Part shown: piece after piece, positions 12,083-27,721 of the stretch | Numbering within the stretch: position 1 is the stretch's first letter | Layout of the letters: every line of letters begins with the position of its first letter | Assembly (NCBI RefSeq): GCF_000497125.1 | Contig: NC_090597.1 | Location: 1,747,797-1,811,796, forward strand | Length of the DNA: 64,000 nucleotides | From: Spironucleus salmonicida | Taxonomy: Eukaryota | Reading direction: 5' to 3' | Made by a program: the position numbers and the translations under genes | Notes under the pieces: model-generated | What the model saw: only the letters and a program-made list of their open reading frames with translations | The model's database searches: none | Told to the model about the DNA's origin: nothing

Positions 12083-12142
12083 TCTTATTTAATAATTACA
12101 CAGATATAATAATAGTAATTATTAAAAATTAATTTTTATAAA

Positions 12143-13144
12143 TCAAATCGTCCCGATATTTTCCTCTAATAATTTACTTCTTCTTGCGAGCTCGTAGAAA
12201 TAGCCATAATCGATTTAAACATTAAAATGCTCTAACTCTGGGCATTTCCATTCGTTATCTAACCAGAACTCACCTATAAACTATTTTCCCTCCTCAAAAA
12301 TGGTATCCTTAACTACATCGAGCTACAAATGACCAAAATTCACATGCTTGTCACACCCAACGAATTCCTAGCGTTCTAGAACCAAAAATTATCCAGGAAC
12401 CCGTTATATTTCCTGACGCCCTACACGCCAATCGAACAAACTCTGAAACGTATAAATACTAATTTTGAAGTTTGAAACTAGTATAATCCCAAAGATAAGG
12501 CGTCTAATATGATGCTTAAAAAAACCTTGACCGGAAATAGAGATCTTGTAGAAATTTCCTGATTAAGTCACACGAAAATGTGTGATTTTTCTTATAAATT
12601 CACGTGTATTCTTTGCATTTGGGAGAGAAGAGAATGGTGCAAAATTAAAAAAGGATAGCGAGGTCTCGAGAATTTCTTAAAGCATGTTTAAGCGATCTAA
12701 AGGCGAGAGTCTGTTGAAATCGGCTTGCTATTATAAGGTAGGGTCATCAATTGATGGTAGGGTCGATAATAGAAGGTATGATGGGATATAGTATGCATAG
12801 TTTCGACCAGTACAATATTTCAATGGATCGAACGATTTACAAACGCGTTGGAGAGAAAGGAATCTAATATCATTAGGGAGAAGAGACTTGAAAATTTATA
12901 GATTTTAGTCTGACATCTTAAGAAATAACGAAAATGCTGCTTAACAGGCTGACACACCTGAATCAGTACGGGATACGCGTTTGAAGTTAGCTTTTTGAGG
13001 ATTTTCGGACAGTTTTGATGCTGCTAGTGCATCAAAAAGTACCTATTCAACAGTTCTAGTTGGCTATTAACTGTTTTAGATCTAGGAACCATGAAAATGC
13101 TGGCCTTTGTAAGCGACTACTAGAAGGTAATATTGTAGTTTCAT
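12143..13144 (-). CDS. tRNA pseudouridine synthase, TruA family (Pus1/Pus3-like), 333 aa
   Basis: Contains VAYKGQHFHGSQIQ, RTVEQVL, the catalytic SRTDSGVSA and GQGFFKHHIRR. Confidence 0.92.
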
Positions 13145-13200
13145 TAAATATAAAATAGATAATAATATTATATAATATAATATTATAATGAAAAATCTAA

Positions 13201-14421
13201 TCAGCAACATCCAGATTTCTTTTCTCCAGTGATTGGTTCGGTAGGCTTAGAGATAACGGGAACATTGACTTATTCCTCATATTTGATCTAGTCAAACTTT
13301 AAATTAGTTAATATTTTATGAACACCAAAGCCAACTTTACAGCTAGTACCATAGAAACTTTAGATATTATTATTAGTAATAAAGGCCTCGACTTCTTCAG
13401 CAGATACTTGCTTTTCTAAATCGGATTTATTACCAATGAGTATTGGGATTAAGTCAGTATTTATCTATTTGATTTCCTTCATCCAGATATTAATATTTTC
13501 AAATGATTTTTTATTGTCATATGAAAAAACAAACACTACAAAGTTTGCAGAACGTACAGTTGCTGTGGTTGTAGCTTTATATTGTTCTTAACCTGCAGTA
13601 TCATAAATGACACACTTCACGTTAAATTTATCATTAAAACCAAACTCTTTGATTATTTAATCAGAACCAATAGTTGATACATTGTTCTCATTAAATGAGT
13701 CATTTTACCAGCGTTAGAAAATAGAAGTCTTTCCGGTATTAGAATCACCAATTAAAGCTACTTTGAAGAGTCTAGTTTAAATGGATGAATTTATTTTAGA
13801 ATAGCTAGGAGCTTCATAAAGCAAAGAATGATCTACAATTATACTATCCCCTGCTATATTCTCAACCTTGGCTTCAGATTTCTCCTCAGCCTTGGCTTCG
13901 GATTTCTCCTCAACCTTGTCTTCGGATTTCTCCTCAACCTTGGCTTCGGATTTCTCCTCAACCTTGGCTTCGGATTTCTCCTCAACCTTGGCTTCGGATT
14001 TCTCCTCAACCTTGTCTTCGGATTTCTCCTCAACCTTGTCTTCGGATTTCTCCTCAACCTTGGCTTCGGATTTCTCCTCAACCTTGTCTTCGGATTTCTC
14101 CTCAACCTTGTCTTCAGATTTCTCCTCAACCTTGGCTTCGGATTTCTCCTCAACCTTGTCTTCGGATTTCTCCTCAACCTTGTCTTCGGATTTCTCCTCA
14201 ACCTTGTCTTCAGATTTCTCCTCAACCTTGTCTTCAGATTTCTCCTCAACCTTGTCTTCGGATTTCTCCTCAACCTTGGCTTCGGATTTCTCCTCAACCT
14301 TGTCTTCAGATTTCTCCTCAACCTTGTCTTCAGATTTCTCCTCAACCTTGTCTTCGGATTTCTCTCTAATGGTGTCGATCTCACTATCGTTCTATTCCAA
14401 AATTAGATCACTTTAAGACAT
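13201..14421 (-). CDS. Rab-family small GTPase with a long N-terminal octapeptide-repeat extension, 406 aa
   Basis: G1 GDSNTGKTS, G2 STIG, G3 DTAGQE (Q encoded by TAA), G4 GNKSD, G5 GTSCK and a C-terminal SGCC prenylation motif. About 21 KSE[D/A]KVEE repeats lie in the same frame upstream. Confidence 0.93.
13860..14365. repeat. 24-bp tandem repeat (about 21 copies) inside the Rab gene
   Basis: Unit on + strand: CTCCTCAACCTTG[G/T]CTTC[G/A]GATTT. Variation is essentially limited to two positions. Confidence 0.98.
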
Positions 14422-14658
14422 TTTCAATGTATAATTTTTTAATAATATTAAATTTTTGGTATATAATATCTAGAATTATAATTTGTGGTTTAATAACATA
14501 TTAAATTATTTAATATAGAATTCATTAAGCAAATCCATATGAAAATAGAATTAATTATTAATATACAAAATATAATGCAAATATATTTTAAAATATTATT
14601 TTTTAATGTGTAGTATATTTGTTTAAAGAATTAAAATAATATAATTTCAAGTATCGGA

Positions 14659-16290
<1,632 letters not shown>

Positions 16291-16504
16291 TGTGAGAAGT
16301 GGTTAATTATGATTTAATTTTGACTGAACTATTAATTTTTATTTATATTAAAAATAGTATTATGGATTACTATATAAACCACAATTCATAACTTATGATT
16401 ATATTAATATATAATAGTAATAATTATTTATTTAATATATCACTATAAAAATATATAATACTGTATAGATTATCAAAATTTTAATTATTAAATTCTTTTT
16501 AAAA

Positions 16505-17899
16505 ATGGACTTTAAGTAATTTGAAGATTTAATATGTTAAGCCGAACTGGTATAAAAGTCTTCTGATATTAAATCTATAAATTAATTTAAATAAATTGAG
16601 AGTTTACAAGAAACAGCTTAATTGTAACAGTTTAATTTTAAACCTAAAACTAAACATACCAAGTAAAATTAAACAGACGCTATAGTTGGAACAGCTAATT
16701 TTTCTTCGAATACATATCCTATATAGGATTTTTTGGTAATAATTCCTGATACAAAATCATAATACACTTAAGTTTAGATAGAATCTACTGAAAATTCTAC
16801 AGCGATGATTAGTGAAGTCTGCTAAAAATTTATTTAAACTATAGAAATTTAATTAGATCAAAAAGATTACAGTTTAAAAGAAGAAAATATTGAATTTTAT
16901 AACTAAAAATTGAAATTAAAATAAGCTAAAAAGTTTAATGATTAAATATTAACAAAATTAGAAGAGACAGAATTGGATAATTAAAATTTAGCAAAATAAT
17001 TATAAAACTTAAATAAAAAATGGGAGAAATTGGTCGACTAATTAACTAATGACAATAATTAAAAAACAATAGACATACAAGAACTAAAGTTAGAAATTTA
17101 GTCAAAAACCGAAATACATATTAATGCTAAAGCGTAAACATTACAGTATGAATAAATTATTTCAGATTTAAATAGCTAATTGGAGGAATTAAAGTCGATA
17201 ATAACATTCTAGTAGGCAAAAATTGATGATTTAAGTTAAGATAAATTATATTTATAAACCTTATCTTAACATAAAGAGCCACTTATCCTTTTAGAAAAAG
17301 AAGTCTCAACAGATTAAACATATCATTTGGAGAATTAGTAATAAGTTGAAGTCTAAGTCTATGAATTTTCTCTTTAGGTAGACTATATTGTGACTAGTGA
17401 AGATAAATAAATAGACAATATCTGCGAGGTTAGAAATAGAAAAATATAAACAAGGGATGAGATTACCATAGGAAATGATAGTTGTATATAAGTATATATT
17501 TCTTGTGAAAATTGTCAAGAAATAAGTAATAAGTATTAATCATAAAGTAATCTTAATAAGGATAATAAAATATAAATAGATGAGTTAGAAGAAGAGATAA
17601 TTGATCTTTAGACATTGGTGAATGATTTATAATTAGAAAATGAGAAGTTAAAGAAAAAAAGTAGATTATCAGAGAAAGAGAACTAGCAGATGAAAGATCA
17701 ATTAGAATAATTCGAAGATCTAATGAACGAAGTTAAACAATAAATATAGGTGTTACACATAGATTTAGATTCTAAGGATGGCATTCTCCTATAGAAATAG
17801 GACTAAATACTGTAGTTAGAACATAAAATTGAGGTAGTAATTGAAGAAAGAGATAAAGCTATTTAAAATTTTGAAAAAATTAAGGTTATGTTTAAGTGA
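16505..17899 (+). CDS. Coiled-coil protein, 464 aa
   Basis: Open code-6 frame rich in E/Q/K/L heptads, with a CENC motif. Ends AAGTGA. Confidence 0.8.
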
Positions 17900-17945
17900 A
17901 TTATATTAATATATGATTTAAAATATTATTTTATAAAAATTGCAA

Positions 17946-18677
17946 ATGTCAAAAGCTGCTGGTATTCACTCTGCTTGTTATTAGGTAGGGCGTATGTAAT
18001 TAGTCTAATGGCTACATGAAATGCTAAATGAAAATGTCGAAAAGGTCGAAGATGTATCATCTGGTCATCATTATTGCATACTACTTGAAGCTTTGTATCC
18101 TGGATAAATTAATGTCCCAAAAATTATAATGAATGCTAAATTAGAATGGGAAAAAGTTAGCAATCTTAAAATGGTATAAAATTGTTTGATTTAACATAAA
18201 GTTGATCGTGCTGTTGATGTTGATAAACTCGCAAAAGGAAAATTCTAAGACAATATAGAATTCCTTTAATGGTTTAAATGGTTTTTTGAGCAGAACTTTG
18301 ATGTAGGAAGTGGTTTTGATGCAGAGGATGTGAGAAGAAGGACAGGTAAAAAGTCCACTGCAGGTACTAATGCGGCTGTCAAACCTGGGGCGAAGCCTAC
18401 TGCAGTAGTATCAAAGGCTTCTACAATATCTAAATCCGTAATATCTTCTTCAGGAGTTAGTTAGAATAAACCAAATCTAGATGTGTAATAGTAGCTTGAT
18501 AGAAGGACCAAGGAAAGCAAGTTTTATTTCAATAAATTAAGAGAAATAGAACTATATATGGGAGAACTGACCGAGTAAGCAGAGGCAGCTGGATTATAAG
18601 ACGATGGCAATTAGTTAAATTTAATGAATGTAATTAATAAAGTAGAAGAAGTTTTATATGCTACTTACACAGAGTGA
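17946..18677 (+). CDS. EB1: Microtubule end-binding protein EB1, 243 aa
   Basis: CH domain (GRMQLVQWLH...KVEDVSSG...KGKFQDNIEFLQWFK) and EBH domain (ESKFYFNKLREIE...VLYAT). Confidence 0.95.
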
Positions 18678-18940
18678 ACTTGTCTTCAAAAAAAAATGGA
18701 TATAAATTAAATTATGTTTCATTATTATTACTAATATAATATTATATAATATTATTAATTTATAAAAAAATAATTAAATAAACTAATATAGAAGTATAAT
18801 ATATCACAATAAATTAAATTAAAATTAAAATTATTAATATTTTTCATATAAATTATAACTATTATATAGTATACCTTGTTAAACCTACTTTTCAAATACC
18901 GCCACCTTTTTAATTTTTCCCACTCCAAAGCAATTTATAA

Positions 18941-20335
18941 ATGGCTGATTAAGTAGAAAGAACACTCTAAGATTATTGCACTCAGCTTAATGAATACTAT
19001 CAGACATTCCATTCTGTTGACAAGACTTAATAACAAATGATAGCTAAGAAGGTAGAATAAATTTCAGTATCCTTCAATGAATAGAATGATACCTTTATTA
19101 ATGTCCTTTCTGAAAATACTATTGATGATGCCAAGGTTAATGAGATCTCAAACCTTTATTCCTAAGTTACTGATTTAATCAAGAAATTCCCTAGGGTAGA
19201 TTCTTCGCACTCTTTTGCTGCTTCCCCTAACTCATCCTTGTTAGCTCCTCCTCGTGTTTCCACATAATCTGCAACCAAACTTAATGATAATATCAAATCT
19301 TTGCGCTCTTAATTATAAAATATTCATAAACTTCTTAACTCAGCTTAAGATGCTACTGAAGTTTCTTATGAAGAGAAATAAGATTAACAACAATCTCGCG
19401 ATATTTCAGTTATGGCTGTTAACTAACTTAAAGCTACCACTAAAGTTTAGAATGAATAACTTAGAGCAGAAGTAACCAATCTCCGTTAGTAGGTTGATGA
19501 ACTTCTTCGTGAAAATAACGAATTAAAGCAAAAATATACTGATGCTTCTCATAGTTTAGACTAGATTTAAGATGAAAACCAAATTATGAAGAAAAACTAA
19601 GACTAATTTGTTAATGACCGCAAAGAGCGTTCTGAAACTGTTCAACAACTTGTTGAAGAGCGTGACAAATATCTTGCTCGTTACTAAAACATAGATCAAA
19701 AATTAGAAATGGAGATGGATAGAGCTAGATAAGAGAGAGAATCTCGTTATTTCTAGGTTACTGAGTTAGAATCTGAAAATACTGCCATGAAAGCCTAAAT
19801 TTAAAAACTCAAGGTTAGACTTGAGGAATTAGAGTCTTGTGATGTCGAGACTGCTGCTATTGAAGTATAACGTGCAGCTAAGACTGTGGAATAACTTAAT
19901 TCTGTTATTACCGAACTTAAAACCAAATTAGTGGAAACTAAGAAATCTCACAACGATCATGTATAATAACTTAGAACAACTATTGCAGTTCTTTCTGAAG
20001 AGATATATGGCGATGATTAAACTGATGGTGAAGAACGTGTCCCTAGAGAAGAGTTAGAAAAGAAGATAGCTGCTCTTATGCAGTAAAACGAATAATTATA
20101 GAATACCGTTTAGGATTTCTAATCTAGAAGCCAGAACATGAGTTAACAAGCTCCAGTTTAATAACCAGGACTTTAACTTAGCTCAATGGTACCTGTTTAT
20201 GCCAATCCTGAAAGTATGCTCTAGAGCATCAGTTTATATTAAGGTAAGAAAATGGATGCCCCTAGAAAGGAATAATCAGTAGCTAAGAAGGATGATGATG
20301 ATGTTATTGCTATTATCAACTAACGCAGAAAGTGA
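18941..20335 (+). CDS. Coiled-coil protein, 464 aa, probably an abundant cytoskeletal protein
   Basis: Long heptad-rich frame with codon usage (CGT, GCT, CTC) like the PFK gene and a C-rich upstream element. Ends AAGTGA. Confidence 0.85.
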
Positions 20336-20379
20336 AATTTTGATTGATAATAATATATTATATTATCTTTGTTTTAAAA

Positions 20380-20886
20380 ATGAGACCATCATATTCACGG
20401 CCTGTCCCAGATTTATCTTCAAATCCACGAATGTATTCAATTATGCACGATCCTAATTTTGACAGCATATGCGAAATAAAAATAGATGACTTTGTTGAAT
20501 AGTAATAAGTTTTGAAGTCAATCTTTAGATTATCTAATTTGTAGTTTGAATAGTCTAAAGTAAATCCTCGGAGTACATATTCTTAAAATGACTATTTCAA
20601 TAGTAAAGCCATAATTCTGTAGCGAAAAAATTGTTAAAAATAACTCAATCCTAATATAACATTATCACCTTAACGAACAGCGTTGAGATGTCTAGAGAAG
20701 CAAAAATAATAAACCAAGTAATTAACCTTTAACATAAATACTGTCTAATAATAATTTAATTTTATAAATCTCGGTTTGAGAGGAGATGTGCCACGTCCTA
20801 CATCTTAATTTGTCCCTATCCGAGTTAAATCTTAGAGGATCCCCAGGAAAGGAAGTATGATTGATCTGAATATTAGATTTCAGTGA
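20380..20886 (+). CDS. Hypothetical protein, 168 aa
   Basis: Open frame MRPSYSRPVPDLSSNPRMY...DLNIRFQ*. Ends CAGTGA. Confidence 0.7.
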
Positions 20887-20956
20887 CTATTTATTATATA
20901 TAATAATTTATTACTATTTAGTGTAAATTTATTTTAATTGATTTCGTAATTTAATA

Positions 20957-21916
20957 ATGCAGCTTCGTGAATCTGACATAAAAGAATTTGAATCGTATGC
21001 AACGAATCCCGAATACATTCATATTGTTAAAGATATGCTTCTTAAAAAAATTATTACACCAGGAGACCTTTAAGATCAAATCCCTTCGGAGAACGCTAAA
21101 GTTACCGTCCATTATACAGGAACTCTCTTAGATGGGACTCAGTTTGATTCTTCACGCACTAGAAATGATCCTTTTGAATTTCAGATTGGACAGTCCTAGG
21201 TGATCAAAGCCTGGGATTAAGGTATTGCCACAATGTGCATAGGCGAACGCTGCGACCTCATTTTACACCCATCTTTTGGTTATGGAGAATCGGGTTCTGG
21301 CTAAATTCCAGGTAATGCGGCGTTGCGTTTCGATGTCGAAGCTCTGGATTTTGCAGAAATCGACCATGAATACCCAGAGACCTTAGAACTTAGAAGAGAA
21401 GCATCAAAAGGCCGTTAGGAAAGAGGTAAGCAATTGTTTAATTAAAATAAAGTCAAACGTGCTCTGGCTTGTTTTGAGAAGGGAAATGAACTTTTGGAAG
21501 ACGATCAAATTGTGGAATCTAGGAAATAGAGAGCGAAAATGCTCGGAAATACATGTTTATGTTACTATAAGCTTAATAATATTTAGAAATGTATTGTAGA
21601 TGGTAAGTAGAGTATGGAAATCTTGAAAGAATTCACAGATGAAGATGACTTAATGAGTAAAGTAATTAAAAGAATAATTAGAGCGTATTTAGATTAAAAT
21701 AAGTTTGATGATGTTATCGCTTTAGAAAAAGATAATTCCATTAATTCTCATGTTTAGAGCCTCATTCAAAATGATATAGTAAAAGCCAAAGAAAAGTAGA
21801 GAGAGGTTAATGCTAAAAAGAACGATATGTATAAGCGTATGATGTCATTTCGCACAGAACCAGGCATTTAGTCTATCGATACCTCAAAAAAGAATGATGA
21901 ATGCTGTAATGAGTGA
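20957..21916 (+). CDS. FKBP-type peptidyl-prolyl isomerase with TPR-like C-terminal domain, 319 aa
   Basis: FKBP motifs [31 protein letters not shown] and [12 protein letters not shown], followed by TPR-like helices (ERGKQLF...[11 protein letters not shown]). Confidence 0.93.
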
Positions 21917-21929
21917 TAATTAATGAGTT

Positions 21930-23894
21930 TCACTTAAGAGAATATTTACCTTTTTCGAGCATAATGACCTCAATAGTCACTAGTCTCTAGATAATTTTTT
22001 CAAAATCTTGTGGGATAATTCCTTTATCTGCACATTTTTTTTATAATGCTGTGACAGAAACTGGACCATTCTTTAAAATTCCTTTTACAATACTTGTAGT
22101 ATTCTGTTTAACCTTTTATTTTTTAATAGTAGTTTCAGCACTTTCTTCTGCTGCTGCCAAAAGGGATCTAGCTGCATCAATATCCTTTTCTTATACTACT
22201 TCACTACCTCTTAATTTAGCTAAAGCTTAGCTAATTCGAACGCAACTTAGTAAACTTCTAGGAGTTGAAAAATCTTTTTCTGCTCTATCAATACAATATC
22301 CTTCAACATACCTAGATAACATTTCGGGTTAAATTCTAGCGTGAATACTTTTAACTTCTTCTAAATAAGCACGTAAAATATTTTCGTCAATTGTTTCCTT
22401 AATAATTTTTCTTTAGTCTTCTAACATATGCATTTAACCAACAAATAACCCTAAATCTTTATCTCTTTCTTCGTCTATCTAGTCTTTCATAACAAAAACT
22501 ATGTCAAATCGACTGATCAAAGCCTCAGGTAGATTTACATTATCCTTAAAAGATAATTAACTATCCCATTTACTATATTTCGGATTTGCAGCGGCAACCA
22601 CAGTAGTTCGAGCATTTAAAGTAGCAGAAACACCACCTTTGCTAAAACTTAGCGTTTGTTATTCTAAAACTTCATATATTGCACTTCTATCCTCTTCATC
22701 AATTTTATCAAACTCATCTATGCAGCAAACACCCTAATCGGCCAAAATAAGTGCACCAGGTTCAATTGAAAACTCTGATGTATTGTTAATCCTTATTGCA
22801 GCAGCAGTTAAACCAGCAGAAGATGTTCCTTTGCCTGCAACATAGTTTGAACGGTACGATGAGCTAACTGTTGCTTTTAATAGCTGAGACTTTGCTAGTC
22901 CTGGATCTCCAATCAGCAAAATATTTATTGTTGGTCGTATTTTAATGTCCTTTAGATTAGGAGGTGTACCTCCAACTAGAGCACACAAACATGACAACTT
23001 AGGTTAAAATAAATGATGTAGATTCGGTGCAAAAGAATTTGTTAGTAAATTATACAGTTTTTCGCTTGGTAGTAGTTTTAGCTCGTTAATTTTAGACATA
23101 TAAGGTTAAGAAATTAAATTTTTAACCTGAATGAGCAAAATTGAATGCTGTAAATATAAAATAGGTTCAATAGCGAAAATAGACTGGTCAGTTGGCATGG
23201 GAATGACAAATCCTTGAATTTATAACCGGTCACCAGGTCTAATTGACGAGTTATGTGCTCCAGTAGGCAACTGATGGTAAACTTTGACCTGTCTAGGTGT
23301 GCCACCTTACGGGACTTCATCTGGATGCTCCTGAATTGTATAAATTCTCAGGTCGTTAAATTTACTTAGAACTGTTTGAAGTTACAATTAAACAGGCAGA
23401 GATCTGCATTATTCTGATATACATTGTTTAGGGGGTGAAAATGAGTCAGAAGTAACCGGAACAAAAAGTTAGGATTTACAGTTTTCACAATAATACGTAG
23501 CAAGACTACAATTTGGAAGTATTTATGACGCAGAAGTGACTGTACCGTTAAATTTTAATAGCTTTCCTATTGTTAAAGGTACATCTCTGAACTTCGTCAG
23601 TGGTTATTATGATGGTGCCTAGAAGCAAAACTATGTTTTGCGGTGTAAAGCTTCAGGTATGTCTGGATTGATTAATTCTTAACAAATTTAGATATAATAT
23701 AAAGTTTCGTCAAGAATACATTAAACAAGATCTGGATAGTTTTAGATAAGGTCATCAAGTTAAATAGTATATACTTTACCAGTAAAATTTTGTAACTATT
23801 CATCTAAATACAATTTTAAAATTTCTTTATGAACTTTAAAGTCGTAAATAGTGAATGCAGAGTTTTTCTACTATTGAGATTTTGACTTCTACAT
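21930..23894 (-). CDS. MCM7: DNA replication licensing factor MCM7, 654 aa
   Basis: Zn finger, IQEHPDEVP, GDPGLAKSQLL, ALILADQGVCCIDEFDK and the arginine finger ISRFD. The AKSQLL/LADQG pattern favours MCM7. Confidence 0.9.
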
Positions 23895-24016
23895 TATATT
23901 TATATTAATTATTAATTTAATATTAGATATAATAATATTATTATTATTTTGATATTGATGTTAAAAATATAAAATATACTAACATAAAGTTAATAGAATT
24001 AAAAGTATAACAGTAC

Positions 24017-27000
24017 TCAGACGATAAAAATTCTTTCTCTAATTTCATATAGTAAACCACACAACGGGCACTCTAAATTAGCATTAATAATTTCAATATT
24101 ATATAATGCATTATAGACTGCTTAATTAAAGCTATCATTATTTTCGCATACTTACTCAGGCATGTCTATATTAAGCATCTTACAATGATTATAAAACCCC
24201 TCGTATTCAGTTTACAAACATAAAAATTTTAAAAGATCTGGATTGTATTCCCGTTCTACCGTTTCTATCTCAAATTAATTTATATTAAAATTTTTAAAGC
24301 AGCTCTTGCATTTAGTATCTTTACAATTCATAGTTTTCAATGTCAGTAGTAATACCATTAATAGGAATGGAAAATATATAGTCATATTATATCATAATGT
24401 ATCAACCACACCAAATCCAATAGGTTGTTCAAAACTTAATGAAAAATTATTTCTATCTGTGTAACCTGATAAATATTAAGAGTAAAATCTATAATACTTT
24501 CCTTATTCTGGACTAACGCAGCTTAGAACAAGCTCCCATGAGCTAAAACTGAAGTTAAACTGATTCTTAAATATTTATCTGACATTTGCATCTAAAGGTG
24601 TTATACTAGTTAATAAAGAATAAGCAGTTATATAATCTAGATCATAATATTTTGATACAAAGTGAATATTTTCATACAGCAACAGTATTCTTTTTATAGA
24701 TTTCATACTCAAACTTAAATCTAAATTTAATTATCCCATTTTTAAATAATTATTCAATTCAGAAACTGGAAGATCTGTTATTTTTAAATCATTTTTATAT
24801 ATATTTTAGTATTAGTTTAATTTTCTAATACATCTAGAATATCCCCAAATCAATGCTTATTAAGAACAAAATATCGCCACATATTTTTTATTTACTTAGC
24901 TTTCAAAAAATTCTTAGTTTTACATAAAATTCTATTTCCTATCTACTTGTAAAGCTTATTACAAATCATTTATTATCAATGTCGATGATTCACTATATTA
25001 TATAATGTCATCTAAATATGTAAGAATATAATTAATTACAAAATCATTTGAAAATGGGTATAATAATGTAAACGTAGGCAAATTCTCAGAAATTTAGTAT
25101 TTCTAATATTATGGTGGAATATTAAGCTTATGATCGTCATAGTTGATAGCCTCTCCTTTAATTTAATTTTAGCAGGATTTAAAAAAATGATTAAAAAAAT
25201 CCAAATTTGATAAATCGTATTATTTTAAATGTAATATCATCAAATAATTTATCTACATGAAAAATGATTGCCTACTTAAATATATAAAATTATTTTTATG
25301 TTTACTGTAAATTTAGTATGTATTTTATACTTAATCTATTGTTTTAGGTATGTAAGGAATAAATATTTGCTATTATAGATCTTATTTTATTTAATATAGC
25401 TACCATAGTTTTTAATATAAAATACTATCTACATAAACATCAAACATTTGTTAGCATACTGCATTTGCTTTTTAAAATTCCCCAAGCATATATTTGACAA
25501 ATCCATTCACATATTTTTTATCCAATCGCTATAAAATTTATCCTAACCGACATAAAGGGCACCCTAAAGGACAATTTCTACCGATATTATAAATATTTAT
25601 AATATCAGGTTCAATTTATTCGAACTAATTTAGATTGATTAAAAATTTTGTCCTATTAACAAAGTCTCGCAACAACAATTTCGGTTGCTCTTCCAGATCT
25701 ATTTCTTCTAGTTATTCAAACTATTAAATAACTATTTTATGGCGATAAATTAGTGTTGGATCCACTGCTGCTGATACGATGAAGTTGAATGCCCATATCA
25801 TAGCTTCATCTAAATCTAAAGTTTAATCTTCAAAGCTACCAATTGCTGCGGTTCCAAAATGAGTAATATTTTATATAGCGATAATAGACATTGATGTTGG
25901 TATTTCAGATACAACTAATTATAATTCATCTATATTTTCCATAAGATCTTTTAATTATCTATAATACAGATCTTCTAACTAATTGTAACTAGTGTTAGCC
26001 TCGTCATGTATTGCACTTGAATATAGATCGGAAAATAATAAAAATAAGTTATCCCTAGTATTGATTACTTTATTTTAGTCAAAAATAACTTCTGAAAATT
26101 CATGACATATTATACTTTCGACTGCTGCCCCACGTTTCTTAGAGTTAGCTGGTAAGTGATTATATACATTCCAACATTATGGAATAGTTTGATTTTAAGT
26201 ATTTGGTTTATTTGACAATCTAAATAATGGAATATTAAGGTAGTGGCTTAGCTAAAGGCTAATAAAGTATGAATTAATCTTATTAAGTGGAGTATTTGCA
26301 TCCAATAATTCTTAATACTCATAATTTCCTTTATTATCTCTATTTAATAATTAAAATATCTATGGTTTTTTATATGCTTTAACCTGTTTTAAAACTGTAA
26401 TTAAATTTATTAATGAAAATGTGTTATTATCTGAGACTTTATTGATATTAAATAGACTCATGTTAGAAACTGAGGAAATACTTTTCTCTAATTCATTATC
26501 AGAGTTTTATTAGCTCAAAATTAAATTATCGATATGATCTTGCTTTCCAAAATTCACTATTTTAATTCCAACTTTTGAATTTATACCAGTGCTCCTATCA
26601 TTTAACATTTTGGCAAGCATTTTATTGCCTAAGAAAGCATTACCTTTATTTATTCCAAATTTAATTGAAATATTATCAGAATTGAAACATCCAGTCAAAA
26701 CTAAATCATTTACTCTTCCTTTAACTTGAACTAATTCTGAAGACCCAGTGAAAACTAAAAATGGAAAATTTAATGATAAGTTAGATTTTCTCGCAGCTAT
26801 TTAAAATATTTAAAGCAATTACTAAGACATATTGTTATTTAATAATGTGTATTCAGCATCAAATAATGATACGATTTAATTTTCAATACAAGGATGCAAA
26901 GTAAATGCTTTTTTAATACCAAACATCCCTAAAATAGATGATTCCGATTTTATTAATCTAGGAAGATTGATAGGAGATGACTATTCTGGATCAATTATAC

Positions 27001-27682
27001 CCTTTCCAGATATTTCTAAAAGTGATTAGTTTTCATTAGGATACAGAGTTAAATATGATAAATAAAACGATTTTTCTAATATTTATATTGGATCTTGGTT
27101 ATAAATCCAATTAGATGAAGGTGTTTATGATGATGGTAGAAAATCATCCAACTACTATGACAGTTAATTAATTAGTTGTTCTTGGATTTGATAATTCATT
27201 TTTGGTATAAAAACAAATATTATAATATAAAGTATATCTTATATATTAAAGTTAGAAACATGGTCAAAAATAAATCACTATTGCATAATTTATTCTATAC
27301 CTATCATAAACAACTCCAATTCTTCAGGTTCCATAATATCCATTACACTGGAGAGAATTCCTTAGAGCATAATGCTTAGCATTTATTAATCTTTAACAAT
27401 AGTTTTCATAGCTCTAATTTAAGTTAGCAATTACTCAGCATTTAAAAAATCGTGATTAAAATTTATTAATGGAGTTCTTTGATTGTGTTACGCAATTTCA
27501 TCATCAGTAGATTATAGTTCAAGTGAGCTATCAATCGGTAAATTACAAACGGGGCAATTTTCATTTCCAGATAAGCACAATTAATCAAAGCATAATTCGT
27601 GTAAATCATGTCCGCATTTAAGTGAAAATGGGGTATGTTCAATTTATCCTAAGCAAACTGGGCAAATTTTATCTTCGGCCAT
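24017..27682 (-). CDS. Large RING-finger protein (putative E3 ligase), about 1221 aa
   Basis: N-terminal RING-H2 CPVC...CGHDLHELC...CPVC, an internal CPLGCPLC, and a C-terminal Cys cluster ending CPLC. Start and stop are in frame; the interior was spot-checked, not exhaustively read. Confidence 0.75.
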
Positions 27683-27721
27683 TTGTTATCAAATATCAAT
27701 ATTATTATAATACAATAAGAA

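Noticed and set aside
13860-14365. CRISPR-like array
   Set aside because: The units are contiguous with no unique spacers, there are no cas genes, and the context is eukaryotic coding sequence.
13828-14416. Three supplied ORFs over the 24-bp repeat (FLLNLVFG, RRNPKTRL and SDFSSTL repeats)
   Set aside because: These are shadow frames of a stop-free tandem repeat. Only the KSEDKVEE frame has an ATG and joins the Rab domain.
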